This document shows, piece after piece, positions 58,014-64,000 of a stretch of 64,000 nucleotides of DNA. The position numbers were made by a program, and so were the translations under genes. Location of the stretch: NCBI GenBank assembly GCA_964291625.2, contig OZ220089.1, positions 4,640,001 to 4,704,000 of the forward strand, written 5' to 3'. Within the stretch, counting starts at the first letter, position 1, and each line of letters starts with the position of its first letter. Under the pieces are notes generated by a model. That model searched no databases. It was not told the DNA's origin and worked only from the letters and a program-made list of their open reading frames with translations. The DNA is from Candidatus Latescibacterota bacterium (GTDB taxonomy: Bacteria > Latescibacterota > UBA2968 > UBA8231).

Positions 58014-59138
58014 CTAGATGTCCGAGACGGAGCCGTCCTCGGCTGACCGGCGCATCGCCCGCAGCGGCCAGTCGGTGAGCCGGTGGGCCTCCAGGCCCGC
58101 CGGATCGATCTCGATCCCGAGGCCGGGGCCCTCGGGCAGGGCGACGAACCCGTCCTCGAAGCGCAGGGGCTCGGTGAACAGGCCCTCGCCGGTGCCGCCG
58201 CCGAACTCCTGGATCAGGAAGTTGGGGGTGGCGGCCATGGCCTGCAGGGAGGCGGCCACGCCGACGGCGTCGGCGGCCGAGTGGGGGGCCACGGCGAGGT
58301 AGTGGACCTCGGCGTAGGCGGCGATGCGGCGCATCTCGAGGATGCCGCCGCAGTGGCGGATGTCGGGCTGCAGGACGGCGGCCGCCTTCTTCTCGCAGAT
58401 CTCCCGGAAGCCCCAACGGGTGGTGTTGCGCTCGCCGGTGGCGATGGGGATCGACGTGGAGCGCGCGATCTCCAGGAGGGCGTCCACGTTCTCCGGGTGG
58501 GTCGGCTCCTCGACGAACATCGGCCGCAGGGGCTCCAGCTCCTTCACCAGGATCCGGGCCATGGCCGGGCTCACGGCGCGGTGGAAGTCGATGGCCACGT
58601 CGACGCCGGCGCCGACCGCCTCCCTCACCGCGGCGACCCGGGAGACGACGTCGTCGACCACGGCCGGCGTATCGATGTAGCGCACGGGGTCCGGGAAGGG
58701 GGTCATCTTGACCGCCGTGAACCCCTTCGCCACGACCGCCCGGGCGTTGGCCGCGTACTCCCCGGGCGAGGGGCCGCCGACGGAGGAGTAGACCCGGATC
58801 CGGTCGCGGACCGGGCCGCCCAGGAGCCTCCAGACCGGCGCGTCGAGGGACTTGCCGAGGATGTCCAGGCAGGCCATGTCGAGGCCGCTGAGGGCCGAGA
58901 GCAGGATCGGCATCTGGCGGCTGTAGGACGAGCGGAACAGGGCCTGCCAGTGGTCCTCGATCCGGCGCGGGTCCCGGCCGACGAGGTAGTCGGCCATGTC
59001 CATCAGGGCCCGCTCGACGGTGCGTCCGTGCTCGTAGTTCATCGGCGAGCCGTACCCGACCAGGCCCTCGTCGGTGTGCACCTGCAGCAGCAGGCCCCGG
59101 GGCCGGATGGGGGTCACCTCCAGGCGGGTGATCTTCAC
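58014..59138 (-). CDS. dgoD: galactonate dehydratase-like enolase-superfamily enzyme
   Basis: SALSGLDMA, GGPVRDRIRVY, IDFH, FVEEP, ATGER, QPD, APH, PGLGIE. Confidence 0.75.
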   Translation of the reverse strand: MKITRLEVTPIRPRGLLLQVHTDEGLVGYGSPMNYEHGRTVERALMDMADYLVGRDPRRIEDHWQALFRSSYSRQMPILLSALSGLDMACLDILGKSLDAPVWRLLGGPVRDRIRVYSSVGGPSPGEYAANARAVVAKGFTAVKMTPFPDPVRYIDTPAVVDDVVSRVAAVREAVGAGVDVAIDFHRAVSPAMARILVKELEPLRPMFVEEPTHPENVDALLEIARSTSIPIATGERNTTRWGFREICEKKAAAVLQPDIRHCGGILEMRRIAAYAEVHYLAVAPHSAADAVGVAASLQAMAATPNFLIQEFGGGTGEGLFTEPLRFEDGFVALPEGPGLGIEIDPAGLEAHRLTDWPLRAMRRSAEDGSVSDI

Positions 59139-60063
59139 GATGCCGTTCCCTCCAGGAAGGAGTCCACTTCCGCACGCCGCGGAATCGCGTCTCGGGCCCC
59201 CGGCCGGGTGACGCACAGGGCGGCCGCGGCGGCGGCCCGGCGCAGGCAGGTCTCGCCGCCGGCGCCGGCCAGGCGGGCGGCCAGGAAGTAGCCGATGAAG
59301 GTGTCGCCGGCGCCGGTGGTGTCGACCGCGGCTCCGGCCGACAGGGCGGGACAGGAGAGCCTTCCGGCGGGACCGTCGAGGACGGCGCCCCCGGCGCCGA
59401 GGGTGAGCAGGACTCTCGGTCCGGGCCGGCACCCGGGACCGCACGCCGGCCAGCAGCTGATCGGCCGCGGTCTCCTCCGCGCCGGCCGGGTCACCCGCCA
59501 GACCGGCCGCCTCGGTGCGGTTGACGATCAGGAGATCGACTTGATCCAGGGGAAAGGCGGCCACCTCGGGCCCGTACGGGGCCGGGTTCAGACACCTCGC
59601 CAGACCGCGGGAAGCGGCCTCCTCGAGGATGTGAGGCACGTCGTTGATCTCATTCTGCAACAGAAGGATATCTCCGTCATCGAAAGAGTCGAGGCAGGTC
59701 CGGACCTGGTCCCGGGCGATGCGCTGGTTGCAGCCGGGGAAGAGGACGATGGCGTTCTCCCCGCCCTCCTCCTCGACCTGGATGACGGCGTGGCCGGTCG
59801 GTTCGTCCTCGTCGACGACGACATTGGCCACGTCGACGCCGAGGGCCGACAGGCCGTCCACCAGCCAGCGGCCGTCGCGCCCGACGCGGCCGGCGTGGGC
59901 CACCGGCGCCCCGGCCAGGGCCAGGGCCGCCGACTGGTTCGCCCCCTTGCCGCCGGCGAAGACCCGGTAGCTGCGGCTGGCCAGGGTCTCCCCCGGGCCG
60001 AACCACGTGATCGACGTGGTAGACGTGGTCGATGTTGAGGGAGCCGAAGTTGAGGACCGCCAT
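59135..60063 (-). CDS. rbsK: ribokinase (PfkB family) with two +1 frameshifts (~59992 and ~59415)
   Basis: GSLNID; GGKGANQ, LLQNE, NPAP; DTTGAGDTF, in three successive frames. Confidence 0.8.
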
Positions 60064-60198
60064 CTGCCCTTCCGGGGTGTGCGGCGCGGTGTCACCGCTT
60101 AGGATAGACCGGACCCCGGAAGGATGCGAGAGCCTGCCAGACCCTTGACGGCTCCGGTCCCGGCCGGCGGAGAGGACCTTCGCGCCCCCGGGTGCACG

Positions 60199-61968
60199 AT
60201 GACGAGAGACCCGCAGTCAGCGGACGCCCGCACCCGGGCCGAGGAGATCGCCCGCGGCCTCTTCCCGCACCAGGTGGAGGGTCTCGCCTTCCTCCTCGGC
60301 CGGCGGCGCTCGATCCTGGCCGACGACATGGGGCTGGGCAAGACCCGCCAGTCGATCCACGGCCTCACCCAGGCGGCTCCCGAGGGCCCCTGGCTCGTCG
60401 TCTGCCCGGCCTCGGTGAAGCGCAACTGGGAGCGCGAGATCCTCGCCGTGCACCCCGGCGCCCGGACCTGCGTGGCCGGGCCCGAGCCGCCCCCGGAGCC
60501 CGGGTACGACGGCTGGGTGATCGTCAACTACGACATCCTCGCCAGGCACGTGGAGGCCCTCCTCGCCCACGGCTGGTCGGGTCTCGTCTTCGACGAGGCC
60601 CACTACCTCAAGAACCACCGCTCCATCCGCAGCCGCCTGTCGACGCGCCTGGTCTCCGAGTGCCCGGGAGACCCGGTGGTCCACGCCCTGACGGGCACGC
60701 CCCTGACGAACCGCCCCCGGGACCTGTTTCCGCTGCTGCAGCTCGTCGACCACTCCCTCGGCCGGAGCTTCCTCGGCTTCGCCCGGCGCTACTGCGACGC
60801 CCACCGGAACGAGCACGGCCACTGGATCACCAGCGGCGCCAGCCGCCTCGACGAGCTGGCCGTGCAGCTCCACGGGATCATGCTGCGCCGCACCAAGGAC
60901 GAGGTGGTCGACCTGCCGCCGAAGATCCGCACCTGGATCGAGGTCGACGTGCCCGAGCGGGTCGTCGACGAGCTGGGCGACCTGGCGCGGCGCTTCGTCG
61001 ACCCCGACTTGGAGCGCATGTCCTTCGGAGGCCGCCAGGGGCGCAACGAGTTCTCGTCGGCCCGCCGGCAGCTGGCCGAGGCCAAGGCCGCCAGCACCCT
61101 GGAGTACCTGCGGGGCGCCGTCGACCAGGGGGAGAAGGTGCTCGTGTTCTCGGGGTTCGCCGAGCCGGTGCGGCGCTTCGCCCGGCACTTCGGGGAACAG
61201 GCGGTGGTGATCAGCGGCGACGTGCCGGCGGCGCGGCGCCAGGAGCTGGTCGACCGCTTCCAGGAGGACGAGGGGGTGCGCCTCTTCGTCGGGCAGCTGC
61301 ACGCGGCCGGCACCGGCATCAACCTGACGGCGGCGCGGCTGGTGGTCTTCAACGACCTCGACTGGGTCCCGGCCAACCACTGGCAGGCCGAGGACCGGGC
61401 CCACCGCATCGGCCAGACCGGCACGGTGAACGTCGTCTACATGGTGGCCCGGGGAACGATCGAGGAGTTCATCCGCGGCCTGCTCGAGGCCAAGGCGCGC
61501 CTGGTGGACGACGTGGTCGAGGGCCGGTCCCTCGGGGAGGAGGCCGGCGGCGACGTGCTCGTCGAGCTGCGGCGGGCCCTGGAGGGCCTGAGGCGGCGGC
61601 TGGGGACCCTGGACCCGGACCGGCTGAGCGCCGGCGAGCTGCAGCGGTTGCTGGGCGAGGCCGGGCAGGAGTACGTGGCCGGGCAGCCGCGGGGGGCCGA
61701 CCCGTCGGCCATGGGCCGGCTCGCGCCGGTCTCGGAGAAGGCGATCCGGGCGCTGGCCGCGGTGCTCGGCGGTCCCCGGCGCCTGGTCTACCGCGTGGCC
61801 AGCTCGACGGACCCGGGTCTCCACTACCGGGTCGAGGTCGTGGGCACCGACGTGGTCTGCGAGTGCAAGGGGTTCTCGTACCGCGGCGCCTGCGCCCACG
61901 CGCGGGCCCTGAAGGAGGCGCTCGTCTCGGGCCGGCCGCCGCCCGCGAGGTTCGTGGCCGTGGAGTGA
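60199..61968 (+). CDS. SNF2-family helicase with C-terminal SWIM zinc finger
   Basis: LADDMGLGKT, DEAH, LTGTP, LRRTK, QAEDRAHRIGQ; CECKGFSYRGACAH. Confidence 0.9.
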   Translation: MTRDPQSADARTRAEEIARGLFPHQVEGLAFLLGRRRSILADDMGLGKTRQSIHGLTQAAPEGPWLVVCPASVKRNWEREILAVHPGARTCVAGPEPPPEPGYDGWVIVNYDILARHVEALLAHGWSGLVFDEAHYLKNHRSIRSRLSTRLVSECPGDPVVHALTGTPLTNRPRDLFPLLQLVDHSLGRSFLGFARRYCDAHRNEHGHWITSGASRLDELAVQLHGIMLRRTKDEVVDLPPKIRTWIEVDVPERVVDELGDLARRFVDPDLERMSFGGRQGRNEFSSARRQLAEAKAASTLEYLRGAVDQGEKVLVFSGFAEPVRRFARHFGEQAVVISGDVPAARRQELVDRFQEDEGVRLFVGQLHAAGTGINLTAARLVVFNDLDWVPANHWQAEDRAHRIGQTGTVNVVYMVARGTIEEFIRGLLEAKARLVDDVVEGRSLGEEAGGDVLVELRRALEGLRRRLGTLDPDRLSAGELQRLLGEAGQEYVAGQPRGADPSAMGRLAPVSEKAIRALAAVLGGPRRLVYRVASSTDPGLHYRVEVVGTDVVCECKGFSYRGACAHARALKEALVSGRPPPARFVAVE

Positions 61969-62093
61969 CGCCCGGCTCGGGCCTCCGGCGCCACCGGCCC
62001 CCGAGCCGGCCTTCGCGCGCGTGCCCTGACGGCCGGCGCGGCCTCGCCGCGGCGCCATCCAGACGGGGTCCGCCGGGGTCGACAGCCCCGGCT

Positions 62094-62834
62094 TCAGGTC
62101 AGGGCGGCTCCCCGCTCCGCCTCGGCCGCCTGCTGCAGGAAGCGGAAGTCGTTGGCCAGGTCGATGAACAGGAAGCCCTCGGCGATCCGCCGCCTCGCCG
62201 CGGCCCCGTCCGCCGCGGGGATGCCCGAGTGGGTTCCCGCCCGGGCGCAGCCCTCGCGGAACCGCTGCAGGGCGGCCTCGTGCTCGCCGCTGCCCGGCTC
62301 CACGCCCATGGCCAGGGCCAGGTCGCTGGGCCCCAGGAAGCCGATGTCGACCCCCTCGACGCGGGCGATCGCCTCGGCCTTGTCGATGCCCTCGGGGTCC
62401 TCGATCTGGGGGATGCAGAGCACGTCGTCGTCGGCCAGGGACCGGTAGGCGGGATCGAGGGTGACGCAGCGGCCGGTGCCCGAGGAGCGCGTGCCCCGCG
62501 GCGGGTAGCGCATCGCCCGGGCCAGGGACTCGGCCTGCTCCGGGTTGCTCACGTGGGGGAAGCAGATCCCCCGGGCGCCGGCGTCGAGGAGCCGGCCGGC
62601 GGTCACCGGGTCGTGGTCCCAGGCGCGCACCAGGGGGAAGGCCCCCCGCGACTCGATGGCGCGCAGGGAGTGGGCGATCGACTCCATGTCGTAGGCGGCG
62701 TGCTCGGCGTCGACGCACAGCCACGGGAAGCCGGCGCCGGCCATGACCTCCGCCGCCAGCGGCGACGCCAGGTTGAGCCACGAGCCCACCGAGGGGCGAC
62801 CGGCGGCCAGGTCCTCGCGGATCGGGTTCCTCAT
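62094..62834 (-). CDS. HpcH/HpaI aldolase family protein
   Basis: DAEH, LDAGA, RYPPRGTR, QIE, GPSDL. Confidence 0.9.
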   Translation of the reverse strand: MRNPIREDLAAGRPSVGSWLNLASPLAAEVMAGAGFPWLCVDAEHAAYDMESIAHSLRAIESRGAFPLVRAWDHDPVTAGRLLDAGARGICFPHVSNPEQAESLARAMRYPPRGTRSSGTGRCVTLDPAYRSLADDDVLCIPQIEDPEGIDKAEAIARVEGVDIGFLGPSDLALAMGVEPGSGEHEAALQRFREGCARAGTHSGIPAADGAAARRRIAEGFLFIDLANDFRFLQQAAEAERGAALT

Positions 62835-63568
62835 CTCGAGCCCTCCATCATCTCCGTCATCCGCCCCGCCACCCACTCGACGGCGTGGTCGATCATGACC
62901 CGGCCCTTTTTGGGGGTGGCGAAGTCGCGGGCGGCGTAGTGGTAGGGCGCGTCGCGGTCGCGGTAGCCCTCGCGCTGGATGTCGAAGGTCTCGGCGTCGT
63001 AGTCGACGCCCTCCCAGTGGACGTTGCCCGGGAAGGCGGCGAGGGCGACGGAGGTCTCGAACTCGGCGGCGTGGGCCGGGCAGTCGCCGGACTCCAGGTG
63101 CTGCTGCACGAACTCCGGGGAGTAGGCCTCCCAGTAGGAGTGGAACTGCACGTCGATGCCGAGCTTGTCGCTGAAGCCGGCGACCTGGTCCCGCAGCGGT
63201 CCGTTGCCGGCGTGGCCGTTGCAGATCAGCACGTGCTCCACGCCGTGGCGGGCGAGGCTCTCGCAGGTGTCGTAGGCGACGGCGAAGAAGGTCTCTGGCC
63301 GCAGGCTCAGGGTGCCGGGCCACTCCATCCAGTGCTCGGAGATGCCCACCGGGATCGGCGTGGCCACCACGACCTTCGGGTACAGGCCGAGGGCCGCCTG
63401 GCAGGCGACGTGGACGGCGCTGGCCGTGTCGTGCTCGATCTCGAGGTGCTCGTTGTGCTGCTCGGTGCTGCCCGTGGGCAGGATGGCGCCCTTGATCTGA
63501 CCCGCCGCCAGACGTTCCCGGATCTGCTTGCGGGTCAGCTTCCACTGTCTCACTTCTCCCGTGATCAT
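62831..63568 (-). CDS. creatininase-family amidohydrolase
   Basis: GSTEQHNEHL, SEHW, NGHAGN, HAAEFETS. Confidence 0.9.
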   Translation of the reverse strand: MITGEVRQWKLTRKQIRERLAAGQIKGAILPTGSTEQHNEHLEIEHDTASAVHVACQAALGLYPKVVVATPIPVGISEHWMEWPGTLSLRPETFFAVAYDTCESLARHGVEHVLICNGHAGNGPLRDQVAGFSDKLGIDVQFHSYWEAYSPEFVQQHLESGDCPAHAAEFETSVALAAFPGNVHWEGVDYDAETFDIQREGYRDRDAPYHYAARDFATPKKGRVMIDHAVEWVAGRMTEMMEGSR

Positions 63569-63705
63569 CTCCTGTCGCCTTTCGTTGACCGTTCTGAGAG
63601 GGCCGCCTATTATGCGAAAAACCCCCGCCCGAAGCGACGGCCCGGAGGATCCGGCGGCCCGGGGGCGGCGGTTCCCCACGCACATCGGTACCGAAGAAGG
63701 AGTGG

Positions 63706-64000
63706 ATGGTGACGCAGGATCTGCGCCAGCAGTTGAAGGATGTGCACGCCTACGCGGTCACGCCCTTCCGCGCCGGCGACCTGCTGAGCGTCGACTGGGA
63801 GGGCTTCGCCGGCAACCTGCGGTTCCTCGTCGACTCCGGCGTGCGCGTGATCAACGTCGGCGGCGGCACGGGCGAGATCGACGCCCTGAGCGCCGAGGAG
63901 CTGGGAAGGCTGGGGGAGGTGGCCCTGGAGACCGCGGGCGACGCGGCCCTGGTGACCCCCACCCTGCCCGGCAACTGCGCCGCCGCCGTGGAGCTGGCCC
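63706..64000 (+). CDS. DapA/KDG-dehydratase-like class I aldolase family protein (partial, runs off window end)
   Basis: MVTQDLRQQL...VTPF...VD...N...GGGTGE; AAGGAG RBS. Confidence 0.8.
   Translation, partial: MVTQDLRQQLKDVHAYAVTPFRAGDLLSVDWEGFAGNLRFLVDSGVRVINVGGGTGEIDALSAEELGRLGEVALETAGDAALVTPTLPGNCAAAVELA

Noticed and set aside
56728-59175. 815-aa ORF as a single fusion protein
   Set aside because: The upstream part is an off-frame shadow of the dehydratase gene; the real protein starts near 57795/57726
58014-60095. Ribokinase-dehydratase fusion (693 aa)
   Set aside because: Artefact of ribokinase frameshifts; the dehydratase has its own GGAGG RBS and GTG at 59138

Overview
High-GC bacterial chromosomal window. 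Gene content and the C-terminal SWGxxK-type proteins suggest a Latescibacterota/Gemmatimonadota-like lineage (inference only). It contains a reduced dcw cluster (mraZ-rsmH-ftsL-ftsI-murE-murF-ftsW-murC-ftsQ-ftsZ, without mraY, murD, murG, murB, ddl or ftsA), purE, a Tpt1/KptA homolog, glnB-glnE, a degenerate UvrA paralog, CBS-korA-korB-CBS, hemE, lepA-lepB-like-hemW-thrB-polysaccharide export genes, tRNA-Tyr, mdh, argG with tandem ARG boxes, many small-molecule catabolic paralogs, tRNA-Lys followed by a lower-GC tandem pair of TolB-like beta-propeller genes, and an SNF2 helicase with a C-terminal SWIM finger. The most striking unexplained signal is a ~217-nt rod-shaped RNA hairpin written into the intact murF coding sequence (6167-6383). 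Its loops display GGGGA motifs. The murF-ftsW spacer carries hairpins with complementary UCCCC loops and a perfect 12-nt complement of the apical loop just upstream of the ftsW start. This is a candidate long-range RNA regulatory system for the cell-wall operon. Three genes carry single-base frameshifts, mostly in homopolymers, which may be sequencing errors. All base pairings were derived by eye; no folding or database search was run.
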